64,000 bases of DNA from assembly GCF_004010195.1 (NCBI RefSeq), contig NC_057719.1:23732313-23796312 (forward strand), given 5' to 3'. The stretch's first letter is position 1; each line of letters starts with the position of its first letter. The position numbers and the translations under genes were made by a program. This document shows positions 36,048 to 48,942 of this stretch, one piece after another. The DNA is from Chiloscyllium plagiosum (Eukaryota). The notes beneath the pieces were generated by a model. It worked only from the letters and a program-made list of their open reading frames with translations. It was not told the DNA's origin and ran no database searches.

Positions 36048-37513
36048 GAGTGTCTTACGGAAGTTCAACATCATCTCCTTGCTTTTGTATTCTATGCCCC
36101 TATTGATAATAAAGTTAAAGATTCAATACACCCCTGTAAGAGTTACTGAAAATATTCCAGGGTCTCATTTAGTTGGGGAAAGACAGAGACAGGTACACTC
36201 CATGTTAGAAGTATCTTGCAGGAAAGGCAGCTGAACTACATAGGCTGTGTGTGTGATTCACAGTGTGTTAGGTTCCAGGAGAAGTTGAATATCTGTTGTT
36301 GGAACTCTGACTCAATTCCAGAAGTGATTCGGCAGCTAGGTGTTTCAGGCAGGACTTAGGAAAAATCTTGAATATTACAGAGGCTCACAGTAAGGTGAGT
36401 GCAAGGAATTGGTCTGTACAATTAGGAGTGAGGGTTGAAAAGCCACAAGCAGTATTTTCTTCATATAACCAAGAAAGACTGGAGCACATGAGAATACCCA
36501 GAGTTAATGTGGTGAAGGGAGCTTTCAGGAGCTGTGAACTGTGAAGCATACCAGAACAGGAATCATAGTAATTGAGACAGACCATTACAGAACATCTCTT
36601 GGGAGGGGATTTCATGGACAGATCAGGAAAAGTGAAGAATTGTAATCTTGTGAAGTTCAATGAGATTTAATTATCTATCACACCATTAACATCAGGGGGA
36701 GGCTGATGAGAAATTTGTGGAATCTTTCGTGGTAAATTTGTGATGTGATGTGCACTGCAAGGTGTTCAATCAGATCCTAGTGTTACTTATATTTACTACA
36801 TTCATTCATGGTGTTAGAAGTAAGCTGTACGTGCATTGTAATTTATACTTCTGTTCGAACTTGAATAAGTTTTGCTGTTTGTTCCAAACCATGGAAGCTT
36901 GTGGCTTTATTTTATTAGAAAGTCCCCTGGATCTCACCCTTTGTCTGCAATAACATTAAAATGTTACTGGTCCCAAACCAGATCACAGCATAAATATTAA
37001 TAGTCTGTTCTGGAATCATAACTGAGGTTTGCCTGTTTCTTTGCACAGCTTGTTTCATTGTGGGATTGTTCTTGGGCAATGAGATTGTCAATGTGTTGTC
37101 TTGGAAACAAATGCTCCTAGCAGCTTGTATGGATGGCTACCTAGTAGTTTGTCATTGCCAGAGGTGAGGACAGAAGGGCTTTGTACTTGTTTTTTTTTCA
37201 ATTCCCACCAGTCTATTCCATATTCTCTACAACATGGCCAGTCTATTTTTCTCTCTCATTTGCTATGGTGTTTACCCTCAGCCACCATCACACCCTCTTC
37301 ACCAACAACCTTTCACACACGTTCACTGCCCTGACCTTTGACCTTCCCCACTCAGAGGCCTCCAAAGAGTCCCTGAGCCTAAATCTTAAGCTTTCCACAC
37401 TTATCATGCTCCCTGCTCCTTGGTTCTAGTCTAATACTTGAATTACAGGCTTTTCTAGCCAGTCAGTGTCTCAATTGGGGCTGCATCCAGGAAACTAAAC
37501 TCTACAGGACCAA

Positions 37514-37745
37514 AGGAGTTTGCACATTCTCCTCGTGTCTGCGTGGGTTTCCTCCGGGTGCTCCGGTTTCCTCCCACAATCCAAAGATGTGGAGGTCAGG
37601 TGAATTGGCAGTGTTAAATTGCCCATGGTGTTCGGTGCATTAGGCAGGGGAATGGGTTTGGGTGGGTTACTGTCCGGAGGGTTGGTGTCGACTTGTTGGG
37701 CCGAAGGGCCTGTTTCCACACTGTGGGGAATCTAATCTAATCTAA
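37514..37745 (+). mobile_element. 5'-truncated HE1-type SINE
   Basis: Matches the 3' part of the 34389 copy. Confidence 0.9.
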
Positions 37746-38139
37746 AACCTGCAGTTCTGGGTTTCCCAGTTCAATCCAACTCCTTGCTCCCCTGACTCCC
37801 TCACTGTCGTCAAGTAAACATCCAGCCTCAAATCTTCGAATATGCTGAATTTAATTCTTCATTTCAGCTCAGAAATCTTTGTAAGCACAAATATACGATA
37901 ATGACTGGCTGTAAATAGAGATTAAAACATGTCTTCTGCTGGTTTTCGAATTTATGCATAGTTAAGCTTTTAATTAACATACATCAATTGCTCAATCAAT
38001 TCTAAATGTCATTATCAGTTAATAATCTTATATTTGCTTTGTTAAATATTAACAGTGTAGAGAGCAGGTTCCTGGCTGTTGATATATTTTCTTTTGTCAA
38101 TTATAGCTGAAAACTGGATTTTTTTTTTAAAAACTTCTT

Positions 38140-39280
38140 TCATAGAATCTGAGGATCTCTGGCAAGAACCAACTATTTGTTATCTAATTGCCCTGGGGAA
38201 AGTGGTGTTGAGTCATTTTCTTGAATTCAGTCCATGTCGTGTATTTACAACCACAAAGCTGTTAGAAAGAGAGTTCCAGGAGTTTGATACAGGGACAATG
38301 AAGAAATAGAGATGGAGTTCCAAATCAGAATGGTGTGTAGTTCGAAGGGAAACTTTTTGTCCATGCTGAAATGCAGGCATCGCTTACTCGGCAAGTATTT
38401 ATAACCCATTCCTAATTGCACAGAAGGCAAGTTGAGACTCTACAGTTAAAAGGACACATTGTTGTGGATTTGTAGTCTAGACTTTACTAGACCAAGTAAG
38501 GATACCTAAAGAGGGTCAAATGGGTATTTTATGGCAATCAATTTTAATGTTTGCTTTTTAATTCAAAATTTTAATATAATTACAACTTCATCATCTGTCC
38601 TGGTGGGTTTTGAACTCATGTCCCCAGAACTGTATCCTGATCACTAATTTAATGCCATCACTACAACACCACCACTATGATGATGGCATTCCTAACAGAA
38701 AAGCCGAATGTCTGGACAGACTGCATTAACAATTGAAGGAATTCAGCAGGTTTTGTTTTGATCGTGGGATGTGAGAATGGAATACGAGGCCAGCAGTTTT
38801 TTGCCCCTTTCTTTAGGAGTCAATACATTGCTGGACATTGCTGGAGTCAATACAGTGGTGGACTCTCCCTCTTTATGGGCATTTAAGCGGGCATTGGATA
38901 GGTATATGGAGGATAGTGGGTTAGTATAGGTTAGGTGGGCTTGGATCGGCGCAACATCGAGGGCCAAAGGGCCTGTACTGCGCTGTATTCTTCTATGTTC
39001 TATGTTCTATGTTCTATGCTGTGGGTCTGGAGTCACATGTGGGTAAGGATGGCAGACCTCCTTCCCTAAAGGACCTCAGTAAACCAGCTGGGTTTTTACA
39101 ACAATTGACAGTGATTTCACGATCCCCAAGAAGCTAGTCATGTCTTAATAAGAAATACCAGATTTTTTTATTAAATTTGTATTTCCTTGCCATGGTGGGA
39201 TTTGAACTCATGCTCCTAGAAATATGGCAAAGGTTCTTGATTACTATTTGGAGTGAAATTAACATTATTCCACCACCTCC
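38140..39280 (-). mobile_element. Cluster of tRNA-SINE/LINE-tail remnants, with a young CR1 3' end (about 38852-39017, plus strand) inserted
   Basis: gctgtgggtctggagtcacatgt, ggtgggatttgaactc; insert ends (ttctatg)n and matches the tail of the 1337-3138 CR1. Confidence 0.75.
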
Positions 39281-40399
39281 CCAAATATGTGTTTGACTAA
39301 AAGATAAAGCTGTAAATGTTAGAAACTCTGACTGCAAAGAAAATATGATGCAAGTGCACTGCAGGTCCATTGCTATCTGAAATGAGAGAAGGCAATTTAA
39401 TATTTCAGGCACAGGCAATACTGATAAAAGATCCACAAATAAGCTATTAAATATCTATTCTCTTTTTGAATGCCTACTACTCTGACCTATTGTGTCATTT
39501 GCAGTATTTTTATGTACCTCTAATATTAATCAGGGGCATGTACAGAATGCACATACCTAGTCAAAGTTTAATGCAATGCTTACTGATCAAACTGATCTCG
39601 GAACATGAGAGTGTATTAATTAATGAAAGAACTGATATTGATTTATCATGCATCTCCAAGGGAGAATAGCCACACAAACAGTATATTGCCTCCACTTCAA
39701 AAGTCATATATCTCTCATATAGTGCTAGTTATGAACATATGGTGCTCTCTTTTACACAACGTGCACTGAGTTTTAACATTGCTTTTGCAGTCTAGAGCGA
39801 TTACAAAGAATTGTAATGTTTAAAAGTTAAAGACATCATTTAATAGCAAGGTTCATGAGTAAAGTAACTAAGAAAGTGATAGCTTAAAAGCCATTTGTCC
39901 TGCATTTTTTATTGTTGCTCATTTTCCATCTTAGCTCTGCAGTTCCTTCTGGAAACTATTTCATTTTCTTTCACAGTGGTGGGTCAGCATTGTTGTTAAT
40001 GTCAAACATAAGACATAAAACAATAACATAGAGATCCAATGAATGTTCTTCTTCAATTTAATCACAAAATAAAATACCCATCAGATAAAATGCTTACAAG
40101 TGATTCATAATTAATGTGAAATGAAATCGCCAATTGCAAAGCAGATCAGATAAAGTCAGTGCTATGGCACAGTGGTAATGTTCAGATTAGGAGAAAAAAC
40201 ACCAACTGTCTGTACGACTTTTTTTCTTTAGAATCCTCCTTAAAACTGACCTCTTTAGCCAAAAATGTCGTCATCTGTTCTAAAATCTCATGTAACTTGT
40301 TGTTAAATCATATTTTATAAAGTTCCTGCAAAGTTCTTTGCATCATTATTCTATTTCAAAGGTCCTACATGAATGCAAGTTATCATTTTTGGATTGTGA

Positions 40400-40620
40400 T
40401 TTTTTTTATTGTGGCTGTGTTATTAATGAAGATTTGTTTTAAACACCATTCTTGCATCTTCATGCCAAAAGGTCTCCCCACCTCCATTATCATTTCAAAT
40501 ATGCTATCTCTTCTATTTCCTGAGGCGGTCAATGGCATTATCTTATAATGACTGAATGTCCTATCATCAGCGTAGAGCAATGTGTCTTCGTATCTTATCA
40601 CATCTCTCAAGACTCTCACA
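40400..40620 (-). mobile_element. Possible ancient non-LTR RT fragment
   Basis: VLRDVIRYEDTLLYADD..MEVGRPFGMK resembles the YADD motif and the following domain; support is short. Confidence 0.35.
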
Positions 40621-41409
40621 AGTCATTCCCAATGGTGACATCATCAGCACTTAATCCATTCGGTTTCAGCTGAATTCCAACTCAACCAGGAAGACCTTTC
40701 CCATTGCCGATATATCAATATCACTGAAGACAATGAACCTGACCATCTACAGCTTTATAAAATGTTCTCAACTCCTACCTAGCTAGTTTCACCACTATAA
40801 GACAATAAGAAACAGGAATGGGTGTAGGCTATTCGGCCTCTTGAGCCTGCTGTGCCATTCTATAGAATCATGGCTGATCCAATATTCCCCAGCCCCAACT
40901 TCCTCCATTATCCCATCACACTGATCAAGAATTTAACTAGCACAGTCTTCAATATACACAAGGATTCTGTGCCCATAGCTCTCTGTGGCAAGGAATACCA
41001 AAGATTCACAACCACTGAGAGAAGAAATTCCACCTCATCTCAGTCTTAAAGTGGTGCCCCTTTATTCTGAGACTATGCCCTCTGGTGTGAGACTCCCCCA
41101 TGAGGAGGTAACATCCTCTCAGCATTTACACTTTCAAGTCACTTAAGAATCCTATAAAATTCAATGAGATCATCTGTCACTCTTGTAAACTCCAGTGAGT
41201 AGAATCCCAACCTATATAGCCTTTGCTCAATACCTCCTAACAAGGAAGCATCTTGAAATTTCTCTGAACTGCCTCCAATAAAATAATATATTTTCTTAAA
41301 TAAGGGCACCAAAACTGCTCACAGTACTCCAGATGTGCTTTCAGCAGCACCTTGTACAGTCACAGTAAGACGTCCCTCCATTTATACTCCAACCCCTCTG
41401 AAATAAGAG

Positions 41410-41555
41410 GCTTGGCACACCAGCCTCATTCCTGAAGAAGGGCTTATGCCTGAAACGTCGATTCTCCTGCTCCTCTGATGCTGCCTAGCCTGCTGTGTTT
41501 TTCCAGCATCACATTTTTCAACTCTGGTCTCCAGTATCTGCAGTCCTCACTTTCT
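41410..41555 (+). mobile_element. PLE solo pLTR insertion
   Basis: 16-bp TSD ccctctgaaataagag at 41394-41409 and 41556-41571. Confidence 0.9.
41432..41459 (+). ncRNA. Minimal type I hammerhead ribozyme motif (PLE-associated)
   Basis: CUGAAGA-A-GGGC-UUAU-GCCU-GAAAC-GUC; both conserved core boxes and the GUC triplet are present; activity not shown. Confidence 0.75.
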
Positions 41556-42397
41556 CCCTCTGAAATAAGAGCCAACATTCCATTAGCCTTCCTGATTACC
41601 TTCCGCACCTGTGCGCTAGCTTTCTGGGTTTCATGCATAAGTTTCTCCAAGTCCCTTTGTGTTGCAGGTTTCTGCAGTTTTTTTTCCCCTTTAGTTCTCT
41701 TTTGATTCTCCTTTCCAAAATGAACAACTTCACATTTTCCCACATTATATTCCATTTGCCAACCTTTGCCCACTGTCGTCTGCCAATCTGGTGAAAGCAT
41801 ATTCACTTTATATATAGTAAACAGTTATGATCCCAGCACTGATACCCATGAAATCCCACTGGTCATAGATTGTCAACCCGAAAAAGAACATCTTATCCCC
41901 ACTTGCTGTTTCCTGCCCATCAACCAATTCTTTATCCATGCCAGTATACTACCTCCAACACCATGAATTCTTATTTTAAAACTCTAATCTTCTGGAAGTC
42001 CAAAGATAGTACTGGTTCTCCTCTATCCACTCTGGTTAAGGTTTCCTTGAAAAACTTAAATAAATTAGTCAACCATGATTTCTCTTTCATAAAGTCATGT
42101 TGACACAACTTGATTACATAATGATTTCCCAAATGTTCTCTACTATTATTTCCTTAATAATTGATTTCATTAATTTGCCAACAATAGATCTTAGGCTAAT
42201 TGTCCTATAGTGATACTTGTATGTCTCCCTTCTTTTTTGAATAGGTATGTCATATTCATAGTTTTCCAATCCACTGGAAAATACAAGGATTTTTGGAAAA
42301 TTACAACTAATGCATCCACTATCTCAATAGCCATTTCTTTAATATCCTAGTATGCAAACCATTGGAGCCAGGTGGCTTTTCTGCCTTTTGCCCAATT

Positions 42398-42745
42398 GGG
42401 GAGGCAATGGCATAGTGGTAACGAAATTGGGCTAGTGACCCAGACCCCCAGGCTAATGTGTTGAAGATGTGCGTTCAAATCCACATGGCAGATGGTGAAA
42501 TTTGAATTCAATAACAATCTGGAATAAAATGCTAGTCTAATGGCAACCATGTAACTCCCATCAATTGTCAGGAAACCCATCTGGTTCACTAATGTTCTTG
42601 ATGGAAGGAATTCTGCCTTCCTTACCAGTCTGGCCTACATGTGACACTAGACACTCAGCAATATGGTTGACTCTTATCTGTCTGTCTGCAATTTGGGATG
42701 GTTAATACTTATTGGCTTGGACAACAACAGGAATGAATTAAAAAG
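42398..42745 (+). mobile_element. tRNA-derived SINE with LINE-like tail
   Basis: tggcatagtgg A-box, gttcaaatcc B-box, core ccatctggttcactaatg..ggaaggaa..ctgcc. Confidence 0.8.
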
Positions 42746-44835
42746 AAATTGTATGATGCTGCTTCTTTCGTACTTCATTCCTCCTCCATATTCTTTATGA
42801 TTAATGTTTGAAATATTTTCCAGCATAAAACATTTTTTCAGACAAATGTAAACTTTTTATTTGCATGATGATGATACAATTCATTGAATTTAGCCTGTGG
42901 TGTATGTTAGATCACATTAACTGTGAGATAGGAATCTGTCACAATGGCAAGTTATCACCTGCAGTAAGTGATCAAAAGGATAAGTTAAGATTAACGTTTG
43001 AACAAGCTACATCACAGTAACCCTCGACACCACTCTCACTCTGTGCAAACACACTTAACTGGGCTGTGTCACTCAATGCTGCACCACAAGGTACGGTGTA
43101 GCCACTAAACTGTCAGATGCATGTTTTACGACAAAGCTTCTCACTTCAGAGTAATCCGAGAAATGGAAATCAGTAGGTCTCAACCTTAGTGAGTTCCTCT
43201 CAAAAAGGATACACCTTTTTTCTCCCAACGCCTGCAGTAGCTTTTTAATTTATACTGCTCACAAGTGTCGTGAATATTGATTCATGTTGACTTCCAAAAC
43301 TGATTTTAACACACTTCAACAGATACTTATCACTGGCTTTTTCAATACTCTCTCAGCCTCAGCTCAGATGACTCTCTCTTTATCATTTGGATGGTACTTA
43401 CAGCCAGGTGCCTTTTATAGACTTACCTTTTTGTGTTTTTTTTTTAAATTTAGAAAGAAAATATGCATCCATTGAATTGATCTTTATGAACACATTTTTA
43501 AAGAATTTTTGTGTGTTATCATTGTGATTTACAATGCACTCAACCCATTTAATCAATGCAGCAATCTAAAAACAGGCCCCAGAAAGATGATTTACCAGCG
43601 CAGAATAAATCAATGCAGGAGACAAATATGTTTTGTAAACTATAACATGTAGAGTATATGGAGGGAATTTTTATGCCTAATATATTTATAAATACACACT
43701 GCTGACTTAGCGACTGATATTTATCAACTTGGGTACCGTCTCAAAAAGATTTCACTGAGTTGCTGAGACAGGCTATTTTTTCTAGGGGCCATATTGAAAT
43801 AAGCTCTATGGGTATACCTACACCACACAGGAGACTGCAGTAGTTAAGATGGAAGCTTATCATGTTCTGAATGGCAACAAGGGAGAAGCAAGAAATGCTG
43901 ACTTTGCTAGTGATTCTCACATCCCATGAATGAATATTTTAAAAATTCCAACCTACATTTCTGGATCAGTTTACATCAATGCTTACAACTGTCCAGCTAT
44001 TTTTATACCATCTCATTTCTAGTCTTGCAGTGCTGTGATTATCATCCCTGTCTCTGAGGCAGACTTCTGGGTTCGAGTGCCCTTTAGGACTTGATGTCCA
44101 TAAAAGGTACATTCCTGCCCAAAATCCACAAACCTGACTGCCCCGGCCGACCCATTGTCTCCGCCTGCTCCTGCCCCACCGAACTCATCTCCGCATACCT
44201 TGACACCGTCCTGTCCCCCTTAGTCCAAGAACTCCCCACCTACGTTCGGGACACCACCCATGCCCTCCACCTGCTCCATGATTTTCGCTTCCCCGGTCCC
44301 CAACGCCTTATTTTCACCATGGACATCCAGTCCCTGTACACCTCCATCCCCATCACGAAGGACTCAAAGCCCTCCACTTCTTTCTTTCCCGCCGTACCGA
44401 CCAATACCCTTCCACTGACACCCTCCTTCAACTGACTGAACTGGTCCTCACCCTGAACAACTTCTCTTTCCAATCCTCCCAATTCCTCCAAACGAAAGGA
44501 GTAGCCATGGGCACCCACATGGGCCCCAGCTATGCCTGCCTCTTCGTAGGATATGTGGAACAATCCATCTTCCGCAACGACACTGGCCCCACCCCCCACC
44601 TTTTCCTCCGCTACATCGATGACTGTATCGGCGCCGCCTCGTGCTACCACGAGGAGGTTGAACAGTTCATCCACTTCACCAAAACCTTCCACCCCGACCT
44701 CAAATTCACCTGGACAGCCTCAGATTCCTCCCTCCCCTTCCTCGACCTTTCTATTTCTATCTCAGGCGAACAAATCAACACGGACATCTACTACAAACCA
44801 ACCGACTCACACAGCTACCTGGACTGCACCTCCTC

Positions 44836-45587
44836 NNNNNNNNNNNNNNNNNNNNNNNNNNNNNNNNNNNNNNNNNNNNNNNNNNNNNNNNNNNNNNNNN
44901 NNNNNNNNNNNNNNNNNNNNNNNNNNNNNNNNNNNNNNNNNNNNNNNNNNNNNNNNNNNNNNNNNNNNNNNNNNNNNNNNNNNNNNNNNNNNNNNNNNNN
45001 NNNNNNNNNNNNNNNNNNNNNNNNNNNNNNNNNNNNNNNNNNNNNNNNNNNNNNNNNNNNNNNNNNNNNNNNNNNNNNNNNNNNNNNNNNNNNNNNNNNN
45101 NNNNNNNNNNNNNNNNNNNNNNNNNNNNNNNNNNNNNNNNNNNNNNNNNNNNNNNNNNNNNNNNNNNNNNNNNNNNNNNNNNNNNNNNNNNNNNNNNNNN
45201 NNNNNNNNNNNNNNNNNNNNNNNNNNNNNNNNNNNNNNNNNNNNNNNNNNNNNNNNNNNNNNNNNNNNNNNNNNNNNNNNNNNNNNNNNNNNNNNNNNNN
45301 NNNNNNNNNNNNNNNNNNNNNNNNNNNNNNNNNNNNNNNNNNNNNNNNNNNNNNNNNNNNNNNNNNNNNNNNNNNNNNNNNNNNNNNNNNNNNNNNNNNN
45401 NNNNNNNNNNNNNNNNNNNNNNNNNNNNNNNNNNNNNNNNNNNNNNNNNNNNNNNNNNNNNNNNNNNNNNNNNNNNNNNNNNNNNNNNNNNNNNNNNNNN
45501 NNNNNNNNNNNNNNNNNNNNNNNNNNNNNNNNNNNNNNNNNNNNNNNNNNNNNNNNNNNNNNNNNNNNNNNNNNNNNNNNNNNNNNN
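44836..45587. other. Assembly gap (752 N)
   Basis: Run of n. Confidence 1.
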
Positions 45588-45644
45588 GGAACAGGAGAAT
45601 CGACGTTTCGGGCATTAGCACTCGGGCATTAGTGTTCCTCATTC

Positions 45645-45672
45645 CTGAAGAAGGGCTAATGCCCGAAACATC
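45645..45672 (+). ncRNA. Minimal hammerhead ribozyme motif (PLE-associated)
   Basis: CUGAAGA-A-GGGC-UAAU-GCCC-GAAAC-AUC; the partial inverted copy at 45588-45619 retains GAAACGUC. Confidence 0.65.
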
Positions 45673-46054
45673 GATTCTCCTGTTCCCTAGATGCTGCCTG
45701 ACCTGCTGCGCTTTTCCAGCAACACATTTCCATCTCTGATCTCCAGCATCTGCAGACCTCACTTTCTCCACATTCACAATATGCACAATCAGGTGGATTG
45801 TCAATATATAAATCCTTTTGATACCAGTGGCAGGTGTTAAGAGCAGGAGACTCTCCTAGTCAGCTATTCTTCATGCAGAGTGTGTCACTCAAGGTATATA
45901 GGTTCTGTTGACTGGCCAGCAACCTGTTCTAAGTCAATCTAGCTATGGAAACAATCATACACAAGTGTTTTGTCAGCCTCATATGTTGTCAGATGTGAGA
46001 TCCCTCTAAATCTATTCCATGGACAATTTTGTGGACAACTACCATGCTAAAAAC

Positions 46055-46814
46055 ACAGAAACAGGAGTGCAGTATTCAGCCTAGCAAGCCTACTCTGCTA
46101 TTCAGTTAAATCATGACCGATCCTTTACCTCAACATCACTTTCCCACACTATCTCCATATCCCCAGTAACATTAGACTCCTGAAATCTATTGATTTCTGT
46201 CTTGAACATATTCAATAATCGGGGTAACAATTCCCAAAGGTTCACCACCCCCTGAGTGAAGAAATTCCTCCTCTTCGCAATCTTAAATAGCCTACTCCTT
46301 GTCCTGAGAATAGGTCCTTGGTTTTAGAATTGTAGTCAGGCAAAACATCTTATCTAAATACATCCTTTTACACCCTGTAAAACTTTTGTACATTTCAATG
46401 AGGTTACCTCTATCTATTTGAAAATACATCCAGTCTTGTTACTATCACTTCATAGGAAATTCTGCCATTCTGGAGAATAATCAGCTGAATCTCAGACAAA
46501 GAGACCAAAACTGTACAGAATACTCTAAGTGAAGTGTCACCAATGTTCTATAAAAATTGAGCAAGAGATTTTTGCTCTTATACACAAATCCCCTTATGAT
46601 GAAAGTCAATATAGCAGTTGACTTCCTGTTTCCTTGTTGCACCTGCAAGCTGAAGTTTCATGATTAATAAAGAAGGACCCTTTGTGCCCACACTTCACAA
46701 CTCTTACTATTTAAAATAGTTTGCCTTTCTGTCTTTTCCACCAAATTGAATAATTTCACAGTTGTTCATATATATGTGCTCCGTCACTTAGTCTATTCAA
46801 GTCCTCACGAAGCC
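46055..46814 (-). mobile_element. Old CR1 3' fragment
   Basis: ggttcaccaccccctgagtgaagaaattcctcctc, gagaccaaaactgtacagaatactc. Confidence 0.75.
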
Positions 46815-48193
46815 TAAGACCATAAGACCATAAGACATAGGAGTGGAAGTAAGGCCATTCGGCCCATCGAGTCCACTCCGCCATTCAATCATGGCTGATG
46901 CGCATTTCAGCTCCACTTACCAGCGTTCTCCCCGTAGCCCTTAATTCCTCTAGACAACAAGAATCTATCAATCTCGGCCTTGAAGACATTTAGCGTCCCG
47001 GCTTCCACTGCACTCCGTGGCAATGAATTCCACAGGCCCACTCTCTGGCTGAAGAAATGTCTCCGCATTTCTGTTCTGAAATGACCCTCTCTAATTCTAA
47101 GGCTGTGTCCACGGGTCCTAGTCTCCTCGTTTAACTGAAACAATTTCCTAGCATCTACCTTTTCCAAGCCATGTATTATTTTGTACGTCTCTATTAAGTC
47201 TCCCCTTAATCTTCTAAACTCCAACGAATACAATCCCAGTATCCTCAGCCGTTCTTCATATGTTAGACCTGTCATTCCAGGGATCATCCGTGTGAATCTC
47301 CGCTGGACACGTTCCTGTGCCAGTATGTCCTTCCTGAGGTGTGGGGACCAAAACTGGACATAGTACTCCAAATGGGGCCTAACCAGCGCTTTATAAAGTC
47401 TTAGTAGTACATCTCTGCTTTTATATTCCAGCCCTCTTGAGATAAGAGACAACATTGCATTCGCTTTCTTAATCATGGACTCAACCTGCATGTTTACCTT
47501 TAGAGACTCCTCGACGTGCACTCCCAGATCCCTTTGTGCTTTGGCTTTATTAATTTTCTCACCATTTGGAAAGTAGTCTATGCTTTTATTCTTTTTGTCA
47601 AAGTGCAAGACCTCGCACTTGCTCACGTTAAATTCCATCAGCCATTTCCTGGACCACTCTCCCAACCTGTCTAGATCCTTCTGTAGCCTCCCCACTTCCT
47701 CAGTACTACCTGCCTGTCCACCTAACTTCGTATCATCGGCAAACTTCGCTAGAATGCCCCCGGTTCCCTCATCCAAATCATTAATATATAATGCGAACAG
47801 CTGTGGCCCCAGCACCGAACCCTGCGGGACACCGCTCGTCACCGGCTGCCATTCTGAAAAAGAACCTGTTATCCCAACTCTCTGCCTTCTGTTAGACAGC
47901 TAATCCTCAATCCATCCCAGCAGCTCATCTCGAACACCATGGGCCCTCACCTTGCTCAGCAGCCTCCCGTGTGGCACCTTATCAAAGGCCTTTTGAAAGT
48001 CTAGATAGACCACATCCACTGGGTTTCCCTTGTCTAACCTACTTGTTACCTCTTCAAAAAATTCCAACAGGTTTGTCAGGCATGACTTCCCTTTAGTAAA
48101 TCCATGTTGACTTGTTCTAATCAGACTCTGCTCTTCCAAGAATTTAGAAACCTCATCCTTAATGATGGATTCTAGAATTTTACCAACAACCGA
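46815..48193 (-). mobile_element. Young CR1 LINE, 5'-truncated, nearly intact RT
   Basis: 311-aa [24 protein letters not shown] plus an in-frame upstream ORF (QHGF, VYLDFQKAFDKVPH) separated by one stop; (cttatggt)n tail. Confidence 0.96.
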
Positions 48194-48942
48194 GAATGCC
48201 TCATGGCATTCTCCTCACAACTTAGGTTCTGCCTTCCTGTGTAGCTGCTTCTTTCTTCCCCAGCTCTCCTCCCCCTTGTCATCTGCCCATTTCAGACAGT
48301 GTCGTGCCTTTTTCATATGAGTTTCCCTCAATAAATTGTTCTTGAAGCAAGAGGAAGTGTAATGCCAGGTTGATGAGCCTGCAGCAACATTATGTAATAT
48401 TCATCTGCCAGTATCCCCATATCAGATTAATTGTCTGCAGTGTTCCTCTTGACAAGAAACAATTTCTTAAGATTGTATTCTGTGTTGCTGGAGGCAGGAG
48501 TGCTGTTACAAGATGAAGCTGCCTTCTCCACAGCATAATGATACAAGCATAGCATTAAAAGGAAGCATTAAAAAAAAGTCACTGGTTTCCCTTGGCTGGA
48601 TTTAAATTGTAGTCCTAAAGGTAAAAGGATGCTTTATATCACACCAGACCACTGAATATCCTTTAACATCAGTTTTTCACTTCTTTGTCAGATCATATCA
48701 AAAACATATTACATTTGCTTGTTCATGCAAACATAGTAACAAATGTACTTGGAGCTGTTATTGGCCATTTGAAACCTGGAGCCTATTTCTCATTTGATTG
48801 GGTAATGTATTATGAACGTTAATATTTAATTTTGTGGGGTCTTGCATTTTGAAGGATTGTAAACAAGTGCATTTGTTTTAAGTTCTGTGAAGATATTTTG
48901 ATTGTATGAAGGGCGGTGTGTGTTAACCAGCTTTGCATCTTA

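Larger units (their letters stand above)
40797..42395 (-). mobile_element. Old CR1 LINE 3' portion
   Basis: WQMEYNVGKCEVVHFG, QRDL, IRKANGMLA; taagacaataagaa tail. Confidence 0.88.
44115..45769 (+). mobile_element. Penelope-like element RT region, gap, then pLTR end
   Basis: LPKIHKPDCPGRPIVS, FTMDIQSLYTSIP, GVAMGTHMGPSYACLF, LRYIDD, LPFLD, TDIYYKPTDSH; possible 6-bp TSD acattc at 44109-44114 and 45770-45775. Confidence 0.92.

Noticed and set aside
36135..37023. Solo LTR (tgtaag...cataac)
   Set aside because: LTR-like composition but no terminal CA or matching TSD; the same applies to the tgttatg start at 8651
44507..45804. Three 329-410 aa ORFs
   Set aside because: They are artefacts of reading through the N gap; only the PLE RT part is real
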